This document shows, piece after piece, positions 9,781 to 21,900 of a DNA stretch of 64,000 nucleotides. The notes below the pieces were generated by a model, which had not been told where the DNA came from, ran no database searches, and saw only the letters and a list, made by a program, of their open reading frames with translations. This DNA comes from Schizochytrium sp. TIO01 (lineage: Eukaryota > Protista > Bigyra: Labyrinthulomycetes), in NCBI GenBank assembly GCA_004764695.1, contig SMSO01000033.1, positions 1,674,001 to 1,738,000 on the forward strand. Reading direction: 5' to 3'. The position numbers and the translations under genes were made by a program. Within the stretch, counting starts at the first letter, position 1. Every line of letters begins with the position of its first letter.

Positions 9781-12700
9781 TCAAAGTTTAACATTACATC
9801 CTTGGGCAAGATACTCAAGACCTCTTCCTGATGCGGATGTAGTCGCTGCCGGTGCAGCCGCTCGTTGAGCTTTGGGCATACTTCGGCGCACGTTTCCCCC
9901 ACCCCCACTTTGACGATCTTGTCTAATAATCTGCATAACTTCCTCATGCACTGCCGTGTTGGGACATAAGAGCTTGTACAGTCCTGGGTCCTCAGGCTCT
10001 TCCCCAAGCTTTCGCGGGCGCTTCCCATGTAAAATTGCAGTTAGCTCACGGTCCAAGCGTTGTCGCTCTGAGTCCCGATTTGCAGCTGATTGTTTAAAAG
10101 GACGAACCCGATTTTCTTCCATTTCCTCACGACGACGTTGTAATACTTCAAGAAGAACAACTCGATTAAACTCAAGAGGATTGACAAGCCGCAGTGTATC
10201 GGCGATCAGTTTTCGTTTAACTTTACTGTCGAGTTGGTTTTCTTGTGCTAACGAAGGGCTTGAGTTGATCTCAATAAGCCATGGACGTGCATTCTCGTCC
10301 AAGAGCACATCATATCCGAAAAGTTCAAAACTATTCGGCTCCGATGACATGCTTTCGTCGCAGCATACAAGGCTTTTCAATATAAGTTTTTGAATTGATT
10401 TTTGAATCGCATCCACGTCGTGCCCTTGAGCGCGCAATCTCCTCCACAGGTAAGTCAAGCTAAGTTTTGTGCCGCCAGCTTCATCAATTGCAGCTTGGTG
10501 GCGCGAGATAGACTCCGCAGTTGCTTTCGTCCCAGAACCATTAGGTCCCATCTTTTGGATGGAGGAGTTTGTCAGATGGATGAATAGATTGTGCAAATCA
10601 ATCGACGCTGACGAGTATTTATGAGTGCAGACTCGAACGAAACCTTCATCGTAGATCCATGCCTCTAAAGGATCGAAGGATGTTACCAAGACATAAATAC
10701 GCAAGTCAAATTTATATCCATCCAAAAGCATAGGATTACTCACATAGCGTTGAATAATTACACTTTGTCCATAACAAACATCACCAATGTCCGATACAAG
10801 CGAAATGCCGCGTCCCCGAGACAGACCAACAGGTTTCATAATCCAAAAATTTCCATCAGGGTCCAGTTCGCTATATTTTGCAAATGCGTCAACAAACTGG
10901 AGATACTCTTTTGGCAAGATAAATGTGTCTGGAAGTAACTCAAATGCGGCTGAAAGGTATTTGCTCATAGATCGGTAGCGGTGTAGTTCTTGCTTAAGCA
11001 AGTCTTTACGGGTCAATGATCGTGCAGAGCTGAAATGGTTGACTCGTTGCCAGCTTAATAAAGTGTTACGATCAATTTTAGGCTTACTCCATGTCCATAA
11101 CAAGTTCCAAACTGGCCCTGCCCAGGCAGGAAGTTGTGACATTGGGGTTCTTGCCATAATACTATTATGAGTAATAGGCTGCGTACTAGTGAAAGTTTCC
11201 CGAAGCTTATCGCGCACTAAAGATTCTTCTACTCCTAGAGTATCTAAGTTTAGGGCTGCATCTCTTACGATATTGAATACCTCATGCCTCGACTTAGATA
11301 AAACACGGAAAAATCTATTTGCTCCTACATTAACCCACTCTTCAAAGTTATCGTTGCATAGTTCAAGGGTCAGTGCCTTGTTTGTGTGCTGAAAAGTCTC
11401 CAAAGTCTCCTCAAGGACAGCTTCGAGAATCTTCAGCTTGTTGGTCTTACGTGTGTCTTTAGCATTGTACACTGTGAAAATATCTCCAAATGACGAAAAG
11501 TATTCGGAGTAATCGACTGGGATACCCCCAAGCCCTTCAAGAACTCGTTGCGAAATACAAGGCGCAACGATTGCCTCCATTGTGTTGCTAAGTCCGCTTT
11601 GGGTAGATGAACTTTGCTGCAAATTGCCTTCATTAGCTTTTCCACTTCGAGATCTTGATTTATTAAGGGCTCTTCTTGTGCGTCTAGTTGAAGAAGACGC
11701 GGAGACTGGTGTTCCCTGGCCTTCGAAAGAAGGCTCTGCGGGAAGAAGTCGCAGACTCACTTTTTCTTCGTCCTTCAAAATTTCGATTGTTTTAGAAGAT
11801 TCGTCAGGCTTTTCCGAAAACCGTGAGTCAAATTTCTGCTGAGGCTTACGTAGAACGTTGTTATCATGTCTCTGTAGACTTTGCCGTTTTTTAATAGTTT
11901 GGTTATGCTTTGCAGTGGGTCTTTCCTCTTCATTATCTCTTTCACTTTCAGTTTCATTCAACATGTCATCCGAATCATCGTCTGATACGCAATCAATATC
12001 TGTTCGAAAGTTAGAGAGATCAGCTTCAATGTCTTTCTTCACGTTTAGCATATCTTGCCGAAGTTGATTGAGTAACGATTCCTTTTGAGATAATGTTGAA
12101 CGCGCACTTGATTGCCGGGATTGGTTTGATCGGCGCGTACGTGAGGAATTTGTAGATCTTGCTGATTCCTTCTCTGCAGGAGCATATGAGTTAACATTGG
12201 AACGTGCATTTACATCTATTTCATCAGTCTTTGCCTTTGATTGCGAAAGATTGAGCACCAACTTTTCCACTTTGGGATCTCCACTTCTTGTTGTTTCATG
12301 ACTGTGTAATCTCGGACCTGGCATTTGTTCGAGAAATTCATCAGGATCTTCGCTTTCTATACCAGAAATAGGGGAAATAGGTTGCAACCGCTCATCCAAT
12401 GGCCCAGGAACAACTTCATCACTGGCGGTTGAGTTAGGGGAAAACAAATTAAGTTTTTGCGGCCTGGAAGACTCTGTGACTAAAACTTCAATAGAGTTGT
12501 TTTCAACGCGTGCTCTTGTACTCTCGTAATTACCAAGGTGATTTTGTGGAGCATTTGGAAGATTTTTGATACCTGAAGCAGCAAAGTGATTCTCCACATG
12601 ATGACTATTTTCCATACCACTTTGATCCACTTGGCACTCGGATGTCTCGAGTTTAGAAATTCTCGTGATCTCTCCACTGTTAATATTTTGATGCTCCATA

Positions 12701-14595
12701 TTCGATGCTTTGTTCTCTAGCTTCGATAAAATCTCTGGATCTTGAGACTGCGAATCGCAAGAATGGTTCCCAGAGAGATCCTTAGCTATTGACTGTAAAT
12801 TTGTCTCGCGTGGCTTGTTTGCAACATATTCTGCAGGTTTCATGTTCTTTGCATCAACACAAGGGTAAAGGTTATCGGTTTCTATATTGCCTCTATCATC
12901 ATCCTCGTCGTCCTCACCATCGTCATCGTCATCTTCATCTTCATCTCCATCTTCCCCGTCAACATGGTCATTTGGAATTTTATTCTCTGTAGCTGCCATT
13001 TGAGCAGATTGTCGGTCATGCGAGTCTTCGTTTGCTGCTTTCTCCTCCTCGATCGCTTCTTCTAGAGCAACCACATCTTCGTCTTCCTCTTCCTCTTGAT
13101 ATTTTGTATCACGGTGAGAGTGGTGCGAGGACGTTGAGCTCCGCGCAGAACGGAGGTTCGTATCTAGCCCGCGTTTGCGCATCTATTAGCAATAAGGCGG
13201 TTCGTATGAATGCACGCGTCAGTTAAACCGGGATATCATGATACCCACTGGAGGAAAATAGGAATGTTTGATATTAAGAATCTATATTGACTTACCTCTT
13301 TGGCCATCGCTTCTGCTCTCAGTACTCTCTCTTGACGTTCTTGCTCCCAACGAGCTCTAGCTTCCTCTCTCTCCTTAAGTTTTTGACGAGCCTCTCGAAG
13401 CTTTTCTAAATGCTCTCGCTTCTCTTCGCGGCGCTTCTTTTTAGCTTTAGCTCGTGCACGAGCAAGCATTCGAGCTCTCTGTTCTTCTTGTTGAAGACGC
13501 TTCTCTCTGCGAGAAGTTTCTGCAAATACAACAAATTCTTTTGCATTCGATACAATCGCTCTTCGTGCCGATTGTGACATTTTCTTTGCTTTTAAATATG
13601 AATTCTCTGTTCTTCCATTTTCGAAACCTGTTGGGGCAGCTGGTTTGGTTGCCATTCCATCAGATTCTGTATAAGAAATAGGAGCACCACCATGCTCTGA
13701 TTTAGAGGAATCGCTTCTATAAATAGGATCTTTTGCTTCGCAAGATGTTTGGAAGGTTTCGATCGTTTCAGTCTGTGAAGAGTTCGCATGCGATTCGATA
13801 GGTGACGGACGTCGTAGTGAGCCAACATATTCCTCGTTCGAGGTATGACTTGAGTGACTAGGTTCCTTGGACCTTTTCGTCTGTTTCGTTTCTTCTAGTT
13901 GAACGGTAGCTAATGATTGTTTTGGCATTTCTTCATCTCTCAAAATACAGAGATCTGCGATATTTGGCACAGCTGTACTTTGTAAAAGGTTTGCAACGCG
14001 GGCTGAGGCCTCCAAAGCCTCCAGACGTCGTGTAATTTCTAATCGCTCACGCTGAGCATATTTGAAATAGCCCAGCTTCAGTAGGATCCATTGATGTATT
14101 CTCCATCATTGGTACCAGGAGTTCCTCTAAGGCTCTATCTGTTTTGTGAAGTTCAGAAGGATCTAATAGGGCAATCTGTTCCAAAGGAAACAGAGGAAAC
14201 GAGCTCCAATCTACATCTCCTTTCAGGGTAGAAGCAAAAGAGACTTCTGGAGTATATTCAAGTCCTTTAACAGCTGCTGGTGAGTCGACGGGTGCGCCAT
14301 AAGATTGATGAGCGACAGATTCTTCTTTTTCCTGTGAGTTTGGACAGCTCTCATGATCATGATGCTTTAATTCGTCCCCTAATGAAGATTTTGAGACAGG
14401 TGAAAGCTCTTGCTGCAGCTGGTTTCTCTGAGCGGAATCTGAGAGGACTATTTTGTGGTCCGGTGTTGACATTTCTGCAGTATCTGCAGTACGCTGGTCT
14501 TCTCCATCTGGGCTTTTGGGGCGCCTTGGAGTCGCTGATTTTGCAACCATGCCCCCGACACCGGCAAACACGGACCTCCTTCGGCCACCTTGCAT
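9781..14595 (-). CDS. TTLL: TTL-like tubulin polyglutamylase (TTLL2/4/5-like), ~1550 aa, long disordered N-terminus
   Basis: TTL motifs WQRVNHF, LTRKDLL, WIMKPVGLSRGRGI, QRYVSNP, KFDLRIYVLVTS, HLTNSSIQK and FELFGYDVLLDENARPWLIEINSSPSL. A phase-0 intron 13183-13295 (GTAAGT...ctaatAG) joins ORFs 13236-14015 and 9781-13182. Joining ORF 14047-14595 needs a +1 frame change near 14050-14115 (see findings). Confidence 0.9.
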
Positions 14596-15200
14596 GCTGT
14601 TCTACTCCAAATTTCTAGAAAAACTTCAGCAAGTCTTTACATGCAGCATCAATTCCAGCAATCTGTAGCCTCCGTTGATATGCGAGCTTGCTTGCTTAAT
14701 TTCTTCTTCTTACCCGTTGTTTTCCTGCTGTCCTAATAGCAACATAAATTTCTCCTTTCCAATCAGCCCAAGAACAGTCTCAGCAGCCTCGAGCACACCG
14801 CCACAGTTCTTCCCTAAAGTGCTCCAAGTAGCTATGCAGTCTGCAGTTGAATATTTTAACGAGGTCCACGCTGCTTTCCATTGCACTCCTGTTCTTCGCC
14901 ATCCCATTGAGCCGTTTACATTTATTTATCTCCAAGTCCTTTGTTCCCCCAAAGGTCTGTCCCTCCTACAGATTAGTCTAGCTGGTCACTATTCTCTTAT
15001 AAAATAGGATATCATGAAGAAAAGAGTATATCCTTGGATTTGCAGCATCACTTCCGACAAGCTTCTTGTACGAGCAGACCAAGAATTCCACCGAGCCCAT
15101 TAGGCGATTCCGGTTCAAGGCGACGGAGACAGGTGTTCTTGTGACAGTATGTTTGCAGATCAGTAGGCAGGAGGATCCTTAGGTTTGTGTTGCATGGCCA

Positions 15201-15227
15201 GGGACTAGGGCATGACAGGGACTAGGG
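15201..15227 (+). promoter_or_regulatory. Canonical G-quadruplex motif formed by a tandem duplication in a divergent promoter
   Basis: GGG-ACTA-GGG-CATGACA-GGG-ACTA-GGG (loops 4/7/4), made of two copies of CAGGGACTAGGGCRTG. Confidence 0.4.
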
Positions 15228-15697
15228 CGTGCAGCCAAGTCTTGGCTTGAAGGAACGGATCTGATAAACCCTTTAAAAGTCGAATCACTAGAAAAGAAAT
15301 ATATTTGAGACAAGACTTCCTTCCCTGCCTTGAAGAGCGCGCTATCTACGAGACGTTGAAACAGAAGAACAAGGTATGGAGAGAGATGGGAAGGATTGCT
15401 GCTGAGTGCTGAAGAGCTATGTTTAGCGATCGCAAGGGATGCTGGGGGTTTTCAGGTCGGTCAGGTGCTGCGGCAAAATCAGTTCGGAGGTTACCAAATC
15501 TAACTAACTATTCTTTGCCATAAACTCATGCGGCCTTGCTGGTTCCTTTGAATGATAATGACTCGTGTTTACTATAATTGACTTTCATGGGTACTTCTGT
15601 AAATCTACCTTATACTAACTTTCTGGCGCTTTTCACATTGGAAGGCAGAGCAATCTCGTATTCTTCAGGACCCTTCTGGCCCCTTCTGGCCGAGACG

Positions 15698-16069
15698 ATG
15701 CCTCGCCTCAGCAACAACGCCGTTGCCGGGTTGACTTTGTTGACTGCCACTGGTGTCGCCTCGGTGTGGATGAGCTGGGGTTACAAGCTCCATTGCGACA
15801 CAATCGCAGCCGCTAATGCCTATGAGCGCGGCATTGCACGCCGCTGCAACTGGTAAGTTCTGTTTTACATTGAATCTGTATTTACCTTCTATATTCTGGT
15901 GAAGCCGGGATTAGCAAACGATTGATCATACGACAGAGCCAAGATTACTTACAGTGAACTATGGTCTTATTATACGCGAAATAGGGATGTGGAAAAGATG
16001 CCTTTGCACGCTTTCCACCCGGAGAACATTCCGGCTCACGAACAGGGCGCCAATGTGGTGAACTTGTGA
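15698..16069 (+). CDS. Small (79 aa) single-TM protein, possibly a mitochondrial inner-membrane complex subunit
   Basis: Exons 15698-15852 and 15985-16069, with a 132-nt intron GTAAGT...aaatAG. Protein: MPRLSNNAVAGLTLLTATGVASVWMSWGYKLHCDTIAAANAYERGIARRCNWDVEKMPLHAFHPENIPAHEQGANVVNL. Codons are C-ending, as in the highly expressed genes here. Confidence 0.7.
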
Positions 16070-18951
16070 GGGGAAACATGTGCGTTTAGCAATGTAGCTC
16101 CCCATGGACTCGCTTTGAGTCAACTTGGACAATTTGACTCTCAACATCCTTCTCTTCTTGTGCTTTTTTGTACATCAACCCACTCGAAGGCATTTTCAAT
16201 CTCTTTCAAATTCTCTACTTGCATTTCATTCCTTCCCAGTTTGTTTTGTATTTTATACAATTTCCTGAATGTATTTCTATTGTGTCTTGCATGTATATGG
16301 TTGCAATTTTTCAAAATAGAACTAGCGTGTAACTTGTTAGACATTGATACTATTGCTGTCTTCTAAACTATCGGCCTGTGACGTGAGTTTGGCTGCACCT
16401 ATCTTAAGAAGAAATGAACAAGTGAAATTTCATCAAACAGGTGTCCAAATGAATGACGGTACGCTGTATTATCTTTTCTTAGCTGTGCTTGTCTCAAATG
16501 GCATTACGAAACAAAATTGCGAAATGATATTAGACCAAAGAAAGAAAAGACCTTTTGGTGATACTCATAGACCCAAGGCTTGAACTAATCTTACGTTAAT
16601 AGGCCATGAGCACAAAAATACTGAGGTAAACATGATCTGAGAATATCTTAATACATAGATACCTTCAAAACCTATGATCAACCATTTTGTGTTTTCTAAT
16701 ATTTTTGAGCGAGACGTTGAGTTCCAAGCCTGGCAAACTCTAGCTCTTAATTTTTTTCAGAACTTTAGAGAAGTCGCTTCATGTTTGTTAGCGCATACTT
16801 GCGGTAGCATATAACGTCGTTGCCAAGTTGCTAAGACCAGTTAGAGACCAATCAGATCAGATTAGCTCCGGGATAACCTGGCAAGCTCCCAAAACACAAG
16901 TGAGCTGAGATGTTGCCACACAAAACATGTTGTAAGCTGTTTTTCTGTATGTAGTTTGCTTCTCTACGTTTAGTGGGTAGTATCACTAGTACTTCTAAAA
17001 TCAAATTACACCTGCGGCTCACGAACATGTTCTAAGCAAATAGCAATGATCGATTTAAGGCAGTAATTTCTTGCATAATTGTTCTATCACGTGGTCTCCA
17101 TGGATATACATGCACGCATTTATAGATTGCGTACTAGCACTTTGTGAACGATCCGTGTTTCGCCTTCAAAGGTGTAGGTTGGTCCCCAAAATGGAGTTTA
17201 CCACGGTCGGGATGTCTCGTTGCCCCCCTGGGAGACTATAGATAGTAAATAAATCGTCATAACATTTTTACATCGCCAATTGACAAACGAGTGGCGGTGA
17301 TGGCTTGGCTCGATCGTGTCGTGCGCGTGCCCTGAGTGCGTGCCGACTTTAAAAAGCTGGAAAGGCTCTCTTTCCGGCGAGGAGCTCCGTTTAGTACTCT
17401 GCTTCGTGTTTTGTTTGTTCAAGTACATCAACAGAACCTTTCATGTTTTTGTTTGGCTGTGGCTCGTGGGATGTATTGTTGGATAATGGTGAAATTGAGC
17501 GGCGAGAAACCAGTCGTTTCAAATGAGCGAGGGTGTGATGAGAACCCTTTGACCTTTCTGAAGGACAGGATCGAATCGGCCTGTCTGAGTGGACTAAGTT
17601 ATCATCATGCACCCTCCTTCATCATGTCGACTGTGTGGCAATGCTCTATTTTGAAGATTTACTTTGGAACCACGTATGTTTTTAGAGTGTGTTGCAAAGT
17701 TTTGTTGATCCTGCTAGCACGCTCCTTTTCCTTTGGCGGCCAAAGATTTGTCGCTCGACCATTGCAAAGTAGCATAAAGGTTGCTTTTGATCTGATAAGA
17801 TATTCTCAAAGATTAAACCCGTGCAAGGAATATTACACATATTTACGGTGAGGCGTTTTGACATTCTTTGCGAAAGCGGGTTTTCTTCCTTGCTCTCCTA
17901 TTCAGCACTGAAGGTTATAATTTATATCTTCTCTTCTATACGTTCTAACTTGTAAGTAAACCAAATAGAATTATGTACTAGTGCAAGGACCGATGATGAT
18001 GATGATGACAACAAATTGAGAAGGGCCTCGCTCGTTCGCTCGGTAGAAGGAACCAATCTAAGAGCCGCCACCATGCACGGCAATCAGCTCGACGCTCGAT
18101 AGTAGCTTGGACACGTGGCTTCTAGACTTGCCATTACAAAGTATTTTTGTTTCGGCCCTCGCGCATTTCCAAATCTTTTTTAGAGAAAAAGAAAAGAGAA
18201 GAAGAGGTAAAAAGAACGAAAACTAGAAATTAAGAAAAGAAAGAAAGAAAAAAAAGTGTTTCTATGATAGAAAGTTAAGAGGATCACAATCGTCAGGTTT
18301 AGGAGTGAACGAAGTCAGTCTCACTCCAACGATAGATGTCGCGTCATGGTTGTTCTAAACAGCCCCTCCTTATCTAGCTTGCACAACGCAGATTTTCAGA
18401 AGCCAAAGCAATGTTTAACCCAGGACTAATCAAAACCAGGTCTTTGGCTATTTCAGCGATTGCTCGGAAGGCGATGATTCCATTCCCTTTGGAGCAACCG
18501 AGCTTGCAAAATTGTTATTAGGAGATGCCCGGAGATCTGTCAGTGCTCGGCTCAGCTCGATCTGCAGCAAATGGACTTGAAGCTTTGCAGGGTGTTATTA
18601 CTCTACGGGTTTTTGTCATCACGACATGATCGGTCAATGTAAATGCACTGCCACTCCAGCCAGACTCATCATTGTCTCTCTCCTTCATGCCAAGGCGTGG
18701 TTTTTATTAAAAATAATTTTATTCATTTTCAAGCTGCAAAGAGCACGCTCGAAATTTTCCTTCTTTGATCAGGCTTACAAAACCAAGTTGCTGACACTAG
18801 TTTAATCAAGTTAGCTGCCCAACAACAATTAGGATCTTCGGCCAGCCAGTGCAGGAGCCGCTCCGAGATAACCTTTAGGTTGATAGCAGCGATAGAAGGA
18901 GGAAGGAAGCATTGGGTTTCCCACTGACTCAGTCATTAAGAACGCCAGGGA

Positions 18952-18991
18952 GATTGATTGATTGATTGAGTGATTGATTGATTGATTGATT
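18952..18991. repeat. (GATT)n microsatellite
   Basis: attgattgattgattgagtgattgattgattgattgatt. Confidence 0.9.
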
Positions 18992-21900
18992 GTCCCTTTT
19001 GGACACCGTACCAATACGGTAGGTATGTACTGTTACTTCTGGCGTTTGCAGCTTCAAGCCTTAGGTCAAGTAAGTTCTAAAGGGTTACCGCGTATTCACG
19101 CCTCCCTGGCAGTAATACGAGTCTCCATAATCAGGTGCTGGCGAGCGAGGGATTCTGCTCGCAATATAGGCTAGTTGGCAGCTTTGCGGCCACCGCGTTG
19201 GACTTCATATCTAGTAGATCATCATGGCAATTATGCAATACTACTTTGACAATGTGTAAGGCTATTGAAGATGACCAGATTAAAAGCAGCAGTAGTACCA
19301 GGATGACGACCTCAACGAGAGGCATGATCAAACTCAGAGATAGGGACTGCGTCTCTAAGGCACTTTGGATCACATTACTGACTTGTAGTTGGTTGAAGTT
19401 GTACGAGAGAAATAATAACCTTTGTGAACTGCAGCTCGATTTAGAAATCCCACGCACACTGTCAGAATGATCCCACTCAGTATTTCTCAGGGCCTTTATT
19501 CTTTTTTTGCCGCGCACAAACTTTGTTGCTTGTTGCTTTTATGCTTCTAGCTTGAAGCAAGATCTTCAGAACTACATGAAGCGGCTTTTCCTTTCAGCAA
19601 TGAAATTGGCCAAGTTCTCATTGTCCCGCGATTTCCTTCGACCCAGAGATAGTTGAAAATTTATTTTATAAAATCACTACTTTGAGACAGTGATTAACTC
19701 ATTTATTTATTGTCAAACGTAAATTACCTAAATTTATGCTTATTCGCGGCATGGGACCCTTATTTCGCCCCTTCTGGACACCACCATGGCCAAGTGTCCA
19801 GGGCAGCTTCGAGAGTCCCACCATTTGGAATACCCAATTCTGTGCACGATAAATTGCAGAGTTCAAGGCCTTCTTTAAACACACTATGCAGAAAATTTGG
19901 TTTTTGGTTGCGCTGATCAAATCTTTCCTAGGTTATAGTTGCGCTACCATTACCTGGGCAAAAAATGCTACAACTGCGATTTGAGTACTATAGGGACTAA
20001 AGTCAAGCCCTACTCAAATCAAACGTTTCTGAACGCCGCTGTTCTCAACTTTAGAAGCTTGAATGTTCTATTGACATATATTAAGCGGCTATCGGTAAAG
20101 CAATCAGAAGCGACGCGTGAAAGCTGGAATCCTATACTGTTACTCGAGCTGGTAAAATTCAAAAGTATGAGGCGATGTTCAGGATCGCGATGTACAATAT
20201 TTAGCGTTGTAAAGATTGAAAAATGAAAAAATGGATTAAAAACTGAGAATCTTCTCTTCAAGAGAAGTTTTTTTGTCATCGGTACCTTGAGACACGGCTC
20301 CGGCTCGCTTGGCGAGGTGGGCAGCTAATTCTACCGAGTAAGATGGCGCTGAGCTGGTGCAGCTGCTGGACCACGCGCTCGATTAGCCATACACGCTCTC
20401 GATTGATATTTTAGCTCCCTCGTACTTTCCTTCCTTTTGGTGCACACCCTTCGTCTTAACTTCCCTCTTCAAGTTTACTGAGAAAGCAAGTATGATGATG
20501 CTAATGATCATTTGAATTCCTCATTTTAGGCTCAGTTTTGCTTAGAGGTCTTCGCAATATGATTGCCTTTGCATGGTATGAACCTGGGTGAATGGCTTCT
20601 GGCTAATTCATGCACCCCAAATTGCGGCACGTTTGACAACTCCGCAGGTGTGCTCTACACTTCAAGGTTTAGGCTAAACTTACATGGTGTGTGCCTTTTG
20701 AAGGAAATAAAAGTTTTCGACTATAGTGGGTAGAGCATCATTAGAAGCAGCATTACAAGACAATAGAAAATGTGTAAATTGGGCATATGAGAAGAGAAAC
20801 TATGTCTTACTCTTCATTATTTGCAGCAGATATCCCTTCTCATAATCATTATTGTCTTCTTTGGTCTTTTCTTTGCTTTTGCGTTCTGCTTCTCGATTCT
20901 TTTTGTTATGAATATTTGCCTCATCTCGAAGTTCTATTATCGAAGCTACACCTAGGAGCACACTCTCAGATTGAGTTTTGAAGTCTTCTGTTTCCTATGT
21001 ATTGTCCTATAGTATGTTAGAGATGGGAGGCTCTCTAGATACACACAAAGCCTTGAATGCCTATTTGTAGAAGTATATAAGTTGCAAGGTGATGCTCAGA
21101 AAAGATAATTGGTGGCAGTCTTTGTAGCACGGTATATATATATATAACACGGCCGACTAAGTGGAAACTTGATTCTAAACCCAGCGTATATGCAAAGCAC
21201 TTTTGATCATTTCGTGGCGAGTTGGCAAGCATACGTTTTGCTGCATCTCTAGTAGTCTAGAGGGGCATGGGTTATCTCAATTATGTATTTCTTTGGAAAG
21301 CAGAAAAAAAATGGAAAAGACAAAAGAGATTTCCAATACTCAAAAGCTCGTTCTTGAATCTAATCTTTTCAAGTCTTGGGCGCGTGGATCAGTAAACACC
21401 TGCATACTTCTAACATCTCTCTACTTGAACAATAACTCATTACATTATTGAGCATGTAAGTATCATACTACCTTCCTTAGCTAGCTCCTGATGTGCAACA
21501 CTAAACGAATGTTAATCTTCAGATCGTTGCAATGCCGCCATCAATATCATGATACTTCACATTTTTACTTTCTTTGTTTCATTTCCCATTTTCTTTACTC
21601 CTAAATGTGAAAGATGAAGTCTAGCGCACCGCATTGCAGAATGACCCATTCGTGCTTTCCTTTTCTCACTCACCCCATACTCCCTACCTACCTGCAAAAC
21701 CGCTCTTCTATCAGCACCAAGGCTGTATTGCTGATTTGCACTATCCTTTTCGGATAATCAAACTACAATTCCGCAAGAACCGCAATGCCAGCACCCAACG
21801 TGAAGGTTTCTATTTTTCCTAGTTTTTCTCTACTAACATTCACGTATTGATAATATCGCAAAGAAACCTGAAGCCACTCCCAAAAATATAAGAATAGATT

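Noticed and set aside
17495-17592. GTGATGA...CTGA boxes and a GTCTGAGTGG end resembling U3 or a C/D snoRNA
   Set aside because: No U3 box A/A', no terminal stem, short C-D spacing and no recognisable rRNA guide.
17336-17851. 171-aa ORF in the gene-free block (likewise 19131-19517, 44646-44993 and 51417-51944)
   Set aside because: No motifs, composition unlike the real genes, and mostly non-ATG starts or overlap with a real gene's exon/intron.
18064-18102. Perfect Kozak GCCGCCACCATG
   Set aside because: Opens only a 9-codon ORF, with no splice donor before the stop.
20812-20994. Minus-strand Lys/Glu-rich open frame after a CTAAC...TAG acceptor-like site
   Set aside because: Purine-rich strands often mimic K/E-rich coding; I found no compatible upstream exon or start.
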